In this document: positions 17,772-28,033 of the stretch, in pieces | How positions within the stretch are numbered: position 1 is the stretch's first letter | Layout: each line of letters opens with the position of its first letter | Origin: Clostridia bacterium | GTDB lineage: Bacteria; Bacillota; Clostridia; Christensenellales; CAG-314 | Length of the DNA: 64,000 nt | Reading direction: 5' to 3' | Assembly: GCA_017457305.1 (NCBI GenBank) | Contig: JAFTHP010000004.1 | Span: 1,084 to 65,083, forward strand | The notes under the pieces: model-generated | Database searches by the model: none | Seen by the model: the letters and a program-made list of their open reading frames with translations, nothing else | Told to the model about the DNA's origin: nothing | Program-made: the position numbers and the translations under genes

Positions 17772-18611
17772 ATGAAACATTTATTGTCGCTAACAGATCT
17801 AAACAAAGAACAAATCACACAAATTTTGGAAGTTGCCACACAAATGCGTCGCATTGTGCTAACCGACTACAAAAAAGGCCCACAACTCATTGGTAGTGTG
17901 GTTGCAGGCTTGTGGAAAAAACCAAGTGTTGCTAGCACAGCTTTTGCATTGGCTACAAGCTATCTTTCTGGTACGTCCTTGCCAGTTCTTGGCGCTGACG
18001 ATATGCTAGAACAATGCCGTGCGTTGGACAATATGGGTGTAAATACCATCGTTGTTAGCAACGACAACGATAACCTTGCCAAGAGCTTTTCCGCTCGTAG
18101 CCGTGCAGGTGTTATCAATGGTGGTAGTGGTCAATACGATCCAATCGGCGTTTTGGCAGACTTGATGGCTTTGCAACTAAAGCTGGATGGTTTGACTAAT
18201 ATTTCCGTTTTGGCTGTTGGTAACAGAGATATCAACAAAATCAACGAGCTAAACTACTGCTTGCAACTGTTCGACTCCTCCCTTGTTTGGTACTTGCCCG
18301 TTGACGACTTTGTAACACCTCGTCGTGGTATCGTGTTGGATAACATCGATGCTGCTTTCTTCGGTGCCGATGCCGTTATCGACCTAGGCTTGTCTTCCTT
18401 CTCCGACCCAACCAAGTACTACGGTGCTTCTGGTGGTATTGCCGAAGAACTCATCGACAAGGCTCGTATTCACTGCCCACTTCTTGGTAGCCGTATTGTT
18501 GTAGACAAGGCTGGTATCAAGGAATATGCCTACAGCATCGACAACACCCGTCAAAGCTGCTACGTTGCTGTTGCAATGGCTGTACTCCACCTTTTGCAAA
18601 AGAACAACTAG
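17772..18611 (+). CDS. aspartate/ornithine carbamoyltransferase-like protein lacking the catalytic signature motifs
   Basis: 279 aa from ATG 17772 (SD GAGGTGG). It is collinear by eye with PyrB, but STRTR reads SVASTA and HPxQ reads YDPIG. Confidence 0.6.
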   Translation: MKHLLSLTDLNKEQITQILEVATQMRRIVLTDYKKGPQLIGSVVAGLWKKPSVASTAFALATSYLSGTSLPVLGADDMLEQCRALDNMGVNTIVVSNDNDNLAKSFSARSRAGVINGGSGQYDPIGVLADLMALQLKLDGLTNISVLAVGNRDINKINELNYCLQLFDSSLVWYLPVDDFVTPRRGIVLDNIDAAFFGADAVIDLGLSSFSDPTKYYGASGGIAEELIDKARIHCPLLGSRIVVDKAGIKEYAYSIDNTRQSCYVAVAMAVLHLLQKNN

Positions 18612-18653
18612 TGCCTAGTGTAAGTGGTTGTATATCAATTTAACAAAACAAAC

Positions 18654-18687
18654 AAAAAACGCCCTGATTGGTTCAAGGCGTTTTTTT
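18654..18687. terminator. bidirectional terminator between convergent genes
   Basis: Stem CGCCCTGA/TCAAGGCG flanked by A6 and T7 runs. Confidence 0.7.
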
Positions 18688-18737
18688 ATATTGTAAGATT
18701 GATTGTGTGATAAGTTCCCTATCTGCCCTAACTGTTT

Positions 18738-20435
18738 TTAGTTAACCAGTTCTGCAATGTGGCGGTCGGGATCTACCAAAATGGTGTTGTAGGTGTTGTA
18801 CACAACAAAGCCTAGTGGTGCGTGGTTGGGCTTTTTCAAGTTTTGCTTCAATGTGTAGTCTACGGGAATTTTGCTGCCAGCCTTTCCTTGGCTGTAGTAT
18901 GCACAAATTTCTGCCGCTGCTACAATAACGTTGTCGGGGATGGTTTTATCTTCACTTACGATAACAACGTGACTGCTGTGTATCTTTTGTGTGTGTAGCC
19001 ACATATCGTTAGCACGGGCAATTTTGTGTGTTACGTGGTTGTTTTGAACGTTATTTTTGCCCACGTAAACGGTAAATCCGTGGATATTGTACTTGAGTGG
19101 CTTAACAGGTGGTTCAACTACCTTTTTGCTTTGCTTTTCCTTGATTAGCCCCAGTGCAACAAGCTCACTGCGGATTTGTTGCAAATCGTCGTATTCGGTA
19201 CAAAAAGCAAGGTTTTGCTTGATGGTTTGCAAATATGTTAGTAGTTGTTGATTTTCTTCGACCAGTCGACTATTGTGCTCAGCGCTGGACTTCATCTTGC
19301 GATATTTTTTGTAGTAGGCTTGAGCATTTTGTTGTGGAGAAAGCTGTTTGTCTAGTTCAATTGTAACCTTTGTGTTATCAAAGTAGTTGTCGCAAACAAG
19401 ACTTTCTTGCCCTTGTTTTATTTGCCAAATATTGGACAAAATCAAGTCGCCATATTGCTTGAACAGTTCTCTGTTTTCCGCTTCCAACACACTTTGCCTT
19501 TGAATTGCCAATTTCTTTTCGGTACGGCTGATGGCATTTTTTACTACAGTTGTAACGGATTTTGCTTTGTCGTTGAAACGTTGCGCCTTGTCCAGTAGAT
19601 AGTAATAGTTATCGTGCGCTTGGTTCAATGTGTCAAAGTAAAGGCGTTCGCCTTTCTTACTTGTGTAGTTAAATGGACAAACTTCCACAGGTGTGCCGTT
19701 TACAAGTATCACGCAGGGCTTTTTGTTTTGCAAGTTTGCCTTGTACATTGCAATGCGTTGAACAATCAAATCGTTGTTGACAAGTGTGTGGTTGTTTTCG
19801 TCAATGCCACTCAAAATTTCATTTACTGTTGTTTGGCTTACACCAAGCAAGGTTTGGCTAAGTGCTGTTCGAAGTGGGCTGTTGCATTGAGCCAAAAAGG
19901 CACGTATCCTTGGCAAATCAAATGGTTCAATTTTGTCCTGTGGCAAAAAGAAGTTGTACTTCGCTCCAGCCATTACAATGCGTTTGCTTTCTAGGTCTTG
20001 TGGAAGGTGCTTTATGCTGTCGGCCACAACGTAGTTTTGGTCGGTTAGGATAATGTTGCTTGTTTTACCTGTCAGTTCAAATATTAGGTGCATTACCTTT
20101 TTGTACCCCAGATCGTCGCTTACGTTAAGGGTAAAGTCTAGCACGCGTTCGTAGGGCATTTGATCTACGGCAACAATGGTGGCGTTGGTTATGTGCTTGC
20201 GTAGAAGCATACAAAAAGTGGGGCAAACCTTTGGGTTGTCCGTTGGCATTTGAGTAATATGTATTCTGTTTACTCCAGCGTTGGAACTGATGAGCAACTT
20301 GTGCGTTTGCTTGTTGAATACAAACAGCACAATTTCGTCCCTTTCTGGTTGGTAAATTTTTGTAATTTTGCCGCCTACAAGTATTTGCCTAAATTCTTCC
20401 GCCAATACCGACAGGCTAAGTGCATCGTATGCCAT
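18738..20435 (-). CDS. rqcH: ribosome quality control protein RqcH (NFACT / FbpA-like)
   Basis: 565 aa. N-terminal MAYDALSL...GGKITKIYQPERDEI, a central coiled coil and a C-terminal NFACT-R-like region. Confidence 0.85.
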   Translation of the reverse strand: MAYDALSLSVLAEEFRQILVGGKITKIYQPERDEIVLFVFNKQTHKLLISSNAGVNRIHITQMPTDNPKVCPTFCMLLRKHITNATIVAVDQMPYERVLDFTLNVSDDLGYKKVMHLIFELTGKTSNIILTDQNYVVADSIKHLPQDLESKRIVMAGAKYNFFLPQDKIEPFDLPRIRAFLAQCNSPLRTALSQTLLGVSQTTVNEILSGIDENNHTLVNNDLIVQRIAMYKANLQNKKPCVILVNGTPVEVCPFNYTSKKGERLYFDTLNQAHDNYYYLLDKAQRFNDKAKSVTTVVKNAISRTEKKLAIQRQSVLEAENRELFKQYGDLILSNIWQIKQGQESLVCDNYFDNTKVTIELDKQLSPQQNAQAYYKKYRKMKSSAEHNSRLVEENQQLLTYLQTIKQNLAFCTEYDDLQQIRSELVALGLIKEKQSKKVVEPPVKPLKYNIHGFTVYVGKNNVQNNHVTHKIARANDMWLHTQKIHSSHVVIVSEDKTIPDNVIVAAAEICAYYSQGKAGSKIPVDYTLKQNLKKPNHAPLGFVVYNTYNTILVDPDRHIAELVN

Positions 20436-20533
20436 AGCTTTTTTCTCCTACCTTGCTATTGTACCCTATTTGCAGTTCTTTTGCAACTGGTAATTTATTA
20501 ATATATAATCTTTTTGTGTATTAGCAAAAATAC

Positions 20534-20562
20534 TTGATTAATTTTTGCAAATGTGGTAAAAT
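20534..20562 (+). promoter_or_regulatory. sigma-A-type promoter with extended -10 (tig)
   Basis: TTGATT, 17-nt spacer, TGgTAAAAT. Confidence 0.6.
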
Positions 20563-20628
20563 TACAAATTGCTGGGCAAATGGCTTTGTCTAGCTACAAT
20601 TTAGTAAAAAATCTGTTGGAGGACAACA

Positions 20629-21921
20629 ATGAAATACACAACAAAAAGAAATGTTAACACATTAACAATCACTTTCAAGATGACTCAAGAAGAATGGGCC
20701 GATTTCGACAAGCGCGCTTATGAACAAAACAAGGGTAAGTACAACATTCCTGGTTTCCGCAAGGGCCACGTTCCCAAGAACATTTTGGAAAACAGATATG
20801 GCAAAGGTTTGTTCTTTGAAGATGCACTTTATATCGCTGCACAAGAATATTACACAGCTTTTTTGGATAAGAATAAGAAGGTACTACCTGTTGCTCGTCC
20901 AGCTATTGACGAAAAATCCGTTAAAATCGACGAAAAGGGCGTTAGCTTTGCAGTTGTAGTAACAGTTCGTCCAGAAGTAGTTCTTGGTCAATACAAGGGA
21001 CTTACAATCGAAAAGACTCCTGTTCAAGAAGTTAAGGATCAAGATATCGATGCAGAACTAGACAAGGTTGTTCAACGCAACGCTCGCTTTGTAGAAATTA
21101 CAGACCGCGCTGTAGCAGAAGGCGACCAAGTTAACTTGGACTACTGCGGTAAGGTAAACGGTGTAGCTTTCGAAGGCGGCACAGCAGAAAAACAAAGCCT
21201 AACAATCGGTTCTCACACATTTATTCCTGGTTTTGAAGAACAACTTGTTGGCATGGCTATCGGCGAAACAAAGGATATCACAGTTACTTTCCCCGAAGAA
21301 TATCACGCAGAAGAGCTTGCTGGCAAAGAAGCAGTTTTCACTTGCACAATCAACGGAATTACAGTAAAAGAACTTCCAACATTGGATGACGACTTTGCTC
21401 AAGACGTTAGCGAATTTTCCACAATGGAAGAATACCGTGCAGACATTGCTCGCATCATCGGCGAACGCTACACAAAGGATGCCGAAAATGCTGACGAAAG
21501 CAAACTTGTAGAAACAATTGTAGAAGCAGCACAATTTGAACTTCCAGAAGAAATGGTAGAAGAACAAATTGATAACTACGTTGAAGATTTCAAATATCAA
21601 CTTATGTATCAAGGTTTGGATATCGACAGCTACTTCAAGTACACAAACAGCACAATGGAAGACCTTCGTGCACAACACAAGGATCGCGCAACAAAGGCTG
21701 TAAGAACACGTCTTGTATTTGAAGAAATTGTTAAGGCAGAAAAAATCAAGGCTACTGCAAAGCAAATCAACGAAAAGATCAAGGAATATGCTGAACGCAA
21801 CGGTAGCACATACGAAGATTTCAATGCTCAACTTCGTCCAGAAGATAGATACTACTTCGAAAACCAAGTTATCACAGAAGCTTTGCTTGCATTGTTGAAG
21901 AAGGAAAACACAATCGCGTAG
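20629..21921 (+). CDS. tig: trigger factor
   Basis: 430 aa. GFRKGHVPKNILE ribosome-binding motif and a central FKBP-type domain. Confidence 0.95.
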   Translation: MKYTTKRNVNTLTITFKMTQEEWADFDKRAYEQNKGKYNIPGFRKGHVPKNILENRYGKGLFFEDALYIAAQEYYTAFLDKNKKVLPVARPAIDEKSVKIDEKGVSFAVVVTVRPEVVLGQYKGLTIEKTPVQEVKDQDIDAELDKVVQRNARFVEITDRAVAEGDQVNLDYCGKVNGVAFEGGTAEKQSLTIGSHTFIPGFEEQLVGMAIGETKDITVTFPEEYHAEELAGKEAVFTCTINGITVKELPTLDDDFAQDVSEFSTMEEYRADIARIIGERYTKDAENADESKLVETIVEAAQFELPEEMVEEQIDNYVEDFKYQLMYQGLDIDSYFKYTNSTMEDLRAQHKDRATKAVRTRLVFEEIVKAEKIKATAKQINEKIKEYAERNGSTYEDFNAQLRPEDRYYFENQVITEALLALLKKENTIA

Positions 21922-21966
21922 TTTTGTGCTCTGTGCAAAATCTTGTTACAAACAAAGGCTAAATTC

Positions 21967-22003
21967 ATCGGGGAAATGGTAATAACTGTTTTCCCGATTT
22001 TTT
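21967..22003 (+). terminator. rho-independent terminator after tig
   Basis: ATCGGGGAAA...TTTTCCCGAT stem followed by a T-run. Confidence 0.65.
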
Positions 22004-22036
22004 ATCACAGCACACCTGTGCAAAGGAGTTAACACA

Positions 22037-22621
22037 ATGACACTTATCCCAATGGTTGTGGACCGCACCGACAACGGCGAAAGAAGCTTTGATATCTATT
22101 CTCGCTTGCTAGAAGACCGTGTAATATTTTTGTCTGGTCAAATCACTGATGAAGTTGCCAACCTTGTTGTTGCGCAACTAATCTACTTGGAGTCCAAGGA
22201 TCCCACAAAGGATATTTCTATCTACATCAACAGCCCCGGTGGCTCGGTTACAGCTGGTATGGCAATATACGACACAATGAACTACATCCGTTGTGACGTT
22301 AGCACAATTTGTGTTGGTATGGCAGCAAGCATGGGAGCATTTTTGCTTGCCGCTGGAACAAAGGGAAAGCGCTACGCTTTGCCAAACAGCGAAATTATGA
22401 TTCACCAAGTTTTGGGTGGAAGCCAAGGTCAAGCAAGCGACGTAGAAATCCAAACAAGACAACTACTAAAACTCAAAAACAAGCTCAACACTTTGCTAGC
22501 TAAGCACGTTGGCAAGGAGGTTGAACAAGTGCAAAAAGATACCGACCGCGACAACTACTTGGATGCCGAGCAAGCACTAGAGTACGGCATTGTGGACAAG
22601 GTATTCTACACACGCAACTAA
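22037..22621 (+). CDS. clpP: ATP-dependent Clp protease proteolytic subunit
   Basis: 194 aa. Motifs [11 protein letters not shown] (catalytic Ser) and IMIHQ (catalytic His). Confidence 0.95.
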   Translation: MTLIPMVVDRTDNGERSFDIYSRLLEDRVIFLSGQITDEVANLVVAQLIYLESKDPTKDISIYINSPGGSVTAGMAIYDTMNYIRCDVSTICVGMAASMGAFLLAAGTKGKRYALPNSEIMIHQVLGGSQGQASDVEIQTRQLLKLKNKLNTLLAKHVGKEVEQVQKDTDRDNYLDAEQALEYGIVDKVFYTRN

Positions 22622-22740
22622 CAGCAACAGCTCAACAAATGCGTGTTAAACAATGCAACAAAAGAGATTTAACAATTCTAGTTGTACAGTAGTCCACATT
22701 GTTGTGTTGTTATTTATTAGTTAGGGAGTATTACAAAAAA

Positions 22741-23952
22741 ATGCAATATTGTTCTTTTTGTGGCAAAAGTGAAGAGCAAGTTGGCAAGCTACTAGCCGCA
22801 CCAACTGGCGCTTGTATTTGTAATGAGTGTATACAGCTGTGTTCTTCCATTTTGGATTGTAAATCAGCTGCCAACACCTACGCCAACAAGCGCACTTTGC
22901 TTACGCCCCACCAAATAAAAGCAGAACTGGATAAGTACGTTATTGGTCAAGATGAGGCAAAGCGTACCCTTGCAGTTGCTGTATACAATCACTACAAAAG
23001 GGTGTTTTCTGCCCCTTCAACCAACGACGACGTTGAATTGGAAAAGAGTAATATCCTAATGCTAGGCCCAACAGGATGCGGCAAAACTTTGCTTGCAAAA
23101 ACTCTTGCCAAGGTATTGGATGTTCCTTTTGCCATTGCGGATGCAACAACCATCACCGAAGCTGGATACGTTGGCGAAGACGTGGAAAACATTTTGCTAA
23201 AGCTTATCCAAGCGGCCGATTGGGATATTGAGCGTGCACAACACGGCATCATCTACATTGACGAAATTGACAAGATTGCCAAGAAGGGGGAAAACGTTTC
23301 CATCACTCGTGACGTTAGTGGCGAAGGTGTGCAACAGGCTTTGCTCAAAATTATCGAAAGCACCGTGGCTAGCGTTCCACCACAAGGCGGAAGAAAGCAT
23401 CCTCAAGCAGAAAACATTGCCATCGACACAACAAACATCTTGTTTATCTGCGGAGGTGCCTTTGTTGGTTTGGAAAAAATTGCCGAAAAACGTATGCAAG
23501 GTGCAGGCATGGGCTTTGGTAGTTCAATAAGAAGCACCGAAGAAATTGACCACGCTGTGTTGGTAAAAAGTCTTCAACCACAAGACTTTATCAAATTTGG
23601 GCTTATTCCTGAGTTTGTTGGTAGATTGCCTATTACAGTTGGGCTTTCCCCATTGGATACAAATGCTCTTGTTCGCATTATGACCGAGCCAAAAAACAGC
23701 CTTATCAAACAATACAAAAAGCTGTTTTCCTACGACAATGTTGAGTTGGAGATGGACAATGATGCCATTTGCGCCGTTGCAGAAAAATCCATCCGCCTAA
23801 AAACTGGTGCACGTGGTTTGCGTTCCGTATTGGAAAACTTGATGCTTGGTTGTATGTTCGATGCACCCGGTGGCAACGTGGAAAAAGTTGTTATCACACG
23901 CGATAACGTGGAAAATGGCACCGAACCCACAATCATCAAGCGTGCCAGCTAG
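22741..23952 (+). CDS. clpX: ATP-dependent Clp protease ATP-binding subunit ClpX
   Basis: 403 aa from ATG 22741. Zinc-binding CSFCGK...CNEC and Walker A GPTGCGKT. Confidence 0.95.
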   Translation: MQYCSFCGKSEEQVGKLLAAPTGACICNECIQLCSSILDCKSAANTYANKRTLLTPHQIKAELDKYVIGQDEAKRTLAVAVYNHYKRVFSAPSTNDDVELEKSNILMLGPTGCGKTLLAKTLAKVLDVPFAIADATTITEAGYVGEDVENILLKLIQAADWDIERAQHGIIYIDEIDKIAKKGENVSITRDVSGEGVQQALLKIIESTVASVPPQGGRKHPQAENIAIDTTNILFICGGAFVGLEKIAEKRMQGAGMGFGSSIRSTEEIDHAVLVKSLQPQDFIKFGLIPEFVGRLPITVGLSPLDTNALVRIMTEPKNSLIKQYKKLFSYDNVELEMDNDAICAVAEKSIRLKTGARGLRSVLENLMLGCMFDAPGGNVEKVVITRDNVENGTEPTIIKRAS

Positions 23953-24469
23953 TTGTTACAAGTTGACATATCCACTTTTTATAATGTAAGATTTTTATGC
24001 TAACTCAACGATAGATATCCTTTTGCCATATTTGAAAGGAAATGCTTTTTACTAACGCACAAGCAAACAACTATCCTTTGTACGTTAGCAAAGTGGAATA
24101 ATCAATCATCGTGCTGTTGATATTTGTCAAACAGCCAGTTGTTTGCAGGTCGTGTCAATTTGCTTGTTGGCACACAAACAAAACAAATAACGAATCGTAC
24201 AAAAACTGCTAGTGATGTAATATCTCCGGCAGTTTTTTGTTGCGTAAAACAGTAATTTCATTTATAATATTATCTAATAAACACAAACTAATCAAAAGAT
24301 GACGTTGCGGTGTGGCAAATTGTGCTCGATGTGGTAGCTTTTTGCTATGTATTGGCACAACGGATGCTTTTGTAGTGGCATATCTTGTAACTTTGGTCGC
24401 AAAATTTGTGACAATTTGTTCGTATGTCGTTGCAGTTGCCCATCACAACAGGAAAAAGAGGTAAATATT

Positions 24470-26779
24470 TTGACAGTTTATAACAATCTACCAGTAATTG
24501 CAATGCGCGGAAACTTTTTCTTTCCCAATATCCGTGCAAAGATTGAACTAGCCAGAGATTTTTCCATCAACGCAATCAAGTTTGCTTTGGAAAATGGTGG
24601 AAAGTTCTTGATGGTTAGCCAAATTGACAAGCAAAAGGAAACGGTCAATGCCGATGTCGACTTGTATCGCAGTGGCGTTGTTGCGGAAATTGCCAGTGTG
24701 GAAAACACCAGCAAGGACGTGACCGTTGTTGTTGCACGCACTTTGGAAGCGGCAAACGTTATCAAGTACGGTGGCAACGAACAAATCATTTTTGCCGACG
24801 TAGAAGTGATGGAGTTTGTTCACAGCAACAAAACCCAAACTCACACAATGTTTTTGGAAACGCAAAAATACATTGCCAAGCTTGGCGAAATCAACAAAGC
24901 GGTTGCAAAAATCAACCTTAAGCCCTTTGTCAAGGGGGACGACGTAGATTATCTTGCTTTCACAAACGTTGTAGCCAACGAAATTGTAACAAGACTCAAG
25001 GACCGTGTTGACGTTTTGGAAGAAAGGGATATTGACGTCCGTATGGAAAAAATTTGTGCTTTCATTGCCGAGGAGTTGGATATTGTAGAAGCTGAGCGCC
25101 GAATTGCCAATCGCGTTAAGCAACAAGTGCAGGAAGGGCAAAAGGAATACTACCTTCGTGAGCAAATGAGAGCAATCTCCGCTGAACTAGGTGAAGATGC
25201 CAACGAAAAGCAGGAGTATTTGGACCGCATCAAAAACAGTGGTATGCCCGAGCAAATTGCCAAAAAGGCGCATAAGGAACTTGCTCGCTTGTCCAAGATG
25301 GCACCAACCAGCCCAGATGCTGCCGTTATCCGCAACTATCTAGATTGGCTTTGCGATGTTCCTTGGACAAAGGAATCACAAGATAACAAGGATCTTAAAA
25401 AAGCTCGCCAAATTTTGGACGAAGACCACTACGGTTTGGAAAAAATCAAGGACAGAATTGTGGAGTATCTTGCTGTTATGCAACTAACAGGCAAGTTGAA
25501 CGGCCCAATTTTGTGCTTTGTTGGTCCTCCAGGGGTGGGCAAAACATCCATTGTTCGCTCCATTGCAAGGGCACTAGACCGCAAATACTTGCGTGTTAGC
25601 CTTGGTGGCGTGCGTGACGAAGCGGAAATCCGTGGTCACCGCCGTACCTATGTTGGGGCAATCCCTGGCAAAATTATTTATATGATGAAGCAAGCAGAGT
25701 GCATCAACCCAGTTTTGTTGTTGGACGAAATTGACAAGATGGGCAAGGATAACCGTGGCGATCCAGCCAGTGCAATGTTGGAAGTATTGGATCCAGAACA
25801 AAACTTCAGCTTTACTGATCACTTCCTAGAAGTACCCTACGACCTATCCAAGGTACTGTTTGTTTGCACAGCTAACGCAACGGACGATATTCCTGAGCCA
25901 CTTCTTGACCGTATGGAAATTATCGAACTATCAGGCTACACTCAACTAGAAAAGGTGGAAATTGCCAACAAGTTCCTTCTCAAAAAGAACATGGCATTGC
26001 ACGGCATACCCGATGGTGCAATAGTAATTGACGACCAAACTTACGGCAAAATTGTGGAAAGATACACAAGCGAATCGGGTGTTAGAAGTTTGGAAAGACA
26101 AATTGCTGCAATTTGCCGCAAAGTAGCGCTAAAGCTAGTTGAGGACAAAGATGCAGTTGTAACAGTAACGCCAGATAACCTTCATGAGTTCTTGGGTGCG
26201 GAAAAGCACAAGGACGAAATGGGCATGGTGGATGACACTGTTGGTACAGCAAGGGGACTTGCTTGGACACGAGTTGGTGGTGTAACACTCAACGTGGATG
26301 CAACGTTATTTGGTGGCAAGGGGGAAGTTCAGCTAACTGGTAACCTTGGCGACGTTATGAAGGAATCAGCACGCACAGCTATTTCCTTGGTAAAGAGCCT
26401 TGCCGAAGAGTACGGCATTGACAAGAGCCGTTTTGCTACAACAGATATCCATATTCACGTGCCAGAAGGTGCCGTTCCAAAGGATGGTCCAAGTGCTGGT
26501 ATCACAATGGCAACAGTAGTGATGTCTGCTTTTAGCGGAATCCCCGTTAGTGGCAAAGTTGCAATGACAGGGGAAATTACCTTGCGTGGAAAGGTGCTAC
26601 CAATTGGTGGCCTTCGCGAAAAAGCCCTTGCAGCATATCGCCTTGGCATAACCAAGGTAATTATCCCTGCCGGTAACAAGCAAGACCTTGAACAAATTCC
26701 ACAAGAAGTCAAGGAGCAAATCACCTTTGTATTGGCAGAAGATATCCAAACAGTATTTGAACACGCACTTGTAAAATAA
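24470..26779 (+). CDS. lon: Lon protease
   Basis: TTG 24470 lies 7-8 nt after AAAGAGG, giving 769 aa. Walker A GPPGVGKTS and the protease motif PKDGPSAGI. Confidence 0.9.
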   Translation: MTVYNNLPVIAMRGNFFFPNIRAKIELARDFSINAIKFALENGGKFLMVSQIDKQKETVNADVDLYRSGVVAEIASVENTSKDVTVVVARTLEAANVIKYGGNEQIIFADVEVMEFVHSNKTQTHTMFLETQKYIAKLGEINKAVAKINLKPFVKGDDVDYLAFTNVVANEIVTRLKDRVDVLEERDIDVRMEKICAFIAEELDIVEAERRIANRVKQQVQEGQKEYYLREQMRAISAELGEDANEKQEYLDRIKNSGMPEQIAKKAHKELARLSKMAPTSPDAAVIRNYLDWLCDVPWTKESQDNKDLKKARQILDEDHYGLEKIKDRIVEYLAVMQLTGKLNGPILCFVGPPGVGKTSIVRSIARALDRKYLRVSLGGVRDEAEIRGHRRTYVGAIPGKIIYMMKQAECINPVLLLDEIDKMGKDNRGDPASAMLEVLDPEQNFSFTDHFLEVPYDLSKVLFVCTANATDDIPEPLLDRMEIIELSGYTQLEKVEIANKFLLKKNMALHGIPDGAIVIDDQTYGKIVERYTSESGVRSLERQIAAICRKVALKLVEDKDAVVTVTPDNLHEFLGAEKHKDEMGMVDDTVGTARGLAWTRVGGVTLNVDATLFGGKGEVQLTGNLGDVMKESARTAISLVKSLAEEYGIDKSRFATTDIHIHVPEGAVPKDGPSAGITMATVVMSAFSGIPVSGKVAMTGEITLRGKVLPIGGLREKALAAYRLGITKVIIPAGNKQDLEQIPQEVKEQITFVLAEDIQTVFEHALVK

Positions 26780-26951
26780 TACTCTGTATTAAACGGATTT
26801 TTGTACAATATATACAATCTAAAGTGTACAACTTGCAATGCTAAATGTTGTTGGTTGTACGCAACAAGTTTTGTTATGTGTTGATGGTTTTACAATAAAT
26901 TATTGCAAAACAGCTGCAAATATTGTTGACAAAATAAATAAGGAATTACAA

Positions 26952-27599
26952 ATGAGAATAGTAAAATCTTCGTACGTAATGGGTGCGGCAAGCTACAGTC
27001 AATGTGTGGTTTCCGATATTCCCCAAATAGCCGTAGCAGGCAAAAGTAACGTTGGCAAGAGCAGTTTTATCAACTTTCTTGTTAACGATAGTAAGCTTGC
27101 ACGCACAAGTAAACTTCCTGGTAGAACAAGGCTAATCAACTATTTTTTGATTAACCAAGATAGTCAGGATGAGTTTTTGCTTGCCGATTTGCCAGGCTAT
27201 GGTTTTGCAAAAGTAAGCGATGCCGAAAAGCTCAAGTGGTCGGATTTGCTAGAGAAGTATCTTGCCAAGGAAACTATGCTCAAGCACGTTTTTTTCCTTG
27301 TAGATATAAGACACGATCCTACCAAAGATGACGTTACTATGTACAATTACCTGTTCAAAAACCATCTTCCTTTCACAATTGTGGCAACCAAGGCGGACAA
27401 AATTGGTAAGAGTCAAGTACGTAACCGTTTGCGTGCCATTGCATCATTTTTGCACGTTGGCGAAAGTAACCTTGTGGCAATTTCTTCCTTGCAAAAGATG
27501 GGTAAAGATGCCATTTTGGATAGAATCGACAAGGTGCTACAAGCCCATCGAGATTCCCTTGTTCAAGTGGAAGAAGAACAGGAAGACGTGGAAGAATAG
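26952..27599 (+). CDS. engB: ribosome biogenesis GTPase EngB/YsxC
   Basis: 215 aa from ATG 26952. G1 motif GKSNVGKSS, plus DLPGYG and TKADK. Confidence 0.9.
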   Translation: MRIVKSSYVMGAASYSQCVVSDIPQIAVAGKSNVGKSSFINFLVNDSKLARTSKLPGRTRLINYFLINQDSQDEFLLADLPGYGFAKVSDAEKLKWSDLLEKYLAKETMLKHVFFLVDIRHDPTKDDVTMYNYLFKNHLPFTIVATKADKIGKSQVRNRLRAIASFLHVGESNLVAISSLQKMGKDAILDRIDKVLQAHRDSLVQVEEEQEDVEE

Positions 27600-27740
27600 T
27601 TTGTTTTTTGTTAGCTATTTGTTTTCAAATTCTAGTTACACAGTCCTTTGACGTATTGATGCAGTTGGTGTCAATTTGATTCTTCTTTTGTGTCACAAAT
27701 CTACCCCAAGAAGTGTGATATCTACAACTAATAACACTAG

Positions 27741-27771
27741 GAGTTCAGTATATTGCTGAACTCTTTTTTTT
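27741..27771 (+). terminator. rho-independent terminator
   Basis: GAGTTCAG-TATATTG-CTGAACTC followed by T8, about 140 nt after the engB stop. Confidence 0.8.
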
Positions 27772-27855
27772 GTTGAGTTTTGTTTATAGACGTAAATAAG
27801 CGCCGTAATGTAAGATTTCTTTGTCAATTTTACGTGTCAAATGGTTTTCAATTTT

Positions 27856-27879
27856 GTATTAATATTTCAATATTAATAC
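27856..27879. promoter_or_regulatory. perfect 11-bp-arm palindrome (candidate operator)
   Basis: GTATTAATATT-TC-AATATTAATAC, about 27 bp upstream of the -35 of the next promoter. Confidence 0.4.
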
Positions 27880-27905
27880 AATTTTCCAATAATTGCTGTA
27901 ATATA

Positions 27906-27934
27906 TTGAATTTTTCCTACCATTGTGGTACAAT
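27906..27934 (+). promoter_or_regulatory. sigma-A-type promoter with extended -10
   Basis: TTGAAT, 17-nt spacer, TGgTACAAT, with a 5' UTR of about 95 nt before ATG 28034. Confidence 0.55.
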
Positions 27935-28033
27935 AACTGTAGGTCGTATTGGACTATCCAAACGATACTTTGTTTTTATTCTTTTTGCCGAAAAAAGAAA
28001 TTTGTACCCCTCGTGGACAAAATTGAGGTTTTT

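Noticed and set aside
21199-21867. 222-aa minus-strand ORF inside tig.
   Set aside because: It is an antisense shadow ORF within a well-supported gene, with a Cys/Phe-rich nonsense composition. The same reasoning applies to 24548-25165, 29961-30386, 31660-32142, 33574-34020, 34706-35236, 39281-39868, 40605-41015, 47546-48118, 55122-55649, 56199-56723, 57631-58242 and 61742-62347.
21922-22036. Search for a CtsR operator (GGTCAAA direct repeat) or CIRCE element upstream of clpP. The same search was done upstream of clpC (57085-57205).
   Set aside because: Neither element is present. The only finds were the tig terminator and a short CACAG-N5-CTGTG palindrome next to the clpP SD, which is too short to interpret.
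24347-24469. Cys-rich 41-aa N-terminal extension of the lon ORF (MYWHNGCFCSGISCNFGRKICDNLFVCRCSCPSQQ...).
   Set aside because: No SD precedes ATG 24347. The Lon N-domain homology begins at LTVYNNLPV, and a good SD precedes TTG 24470. The extension is most likely untranslated leader read in frame.
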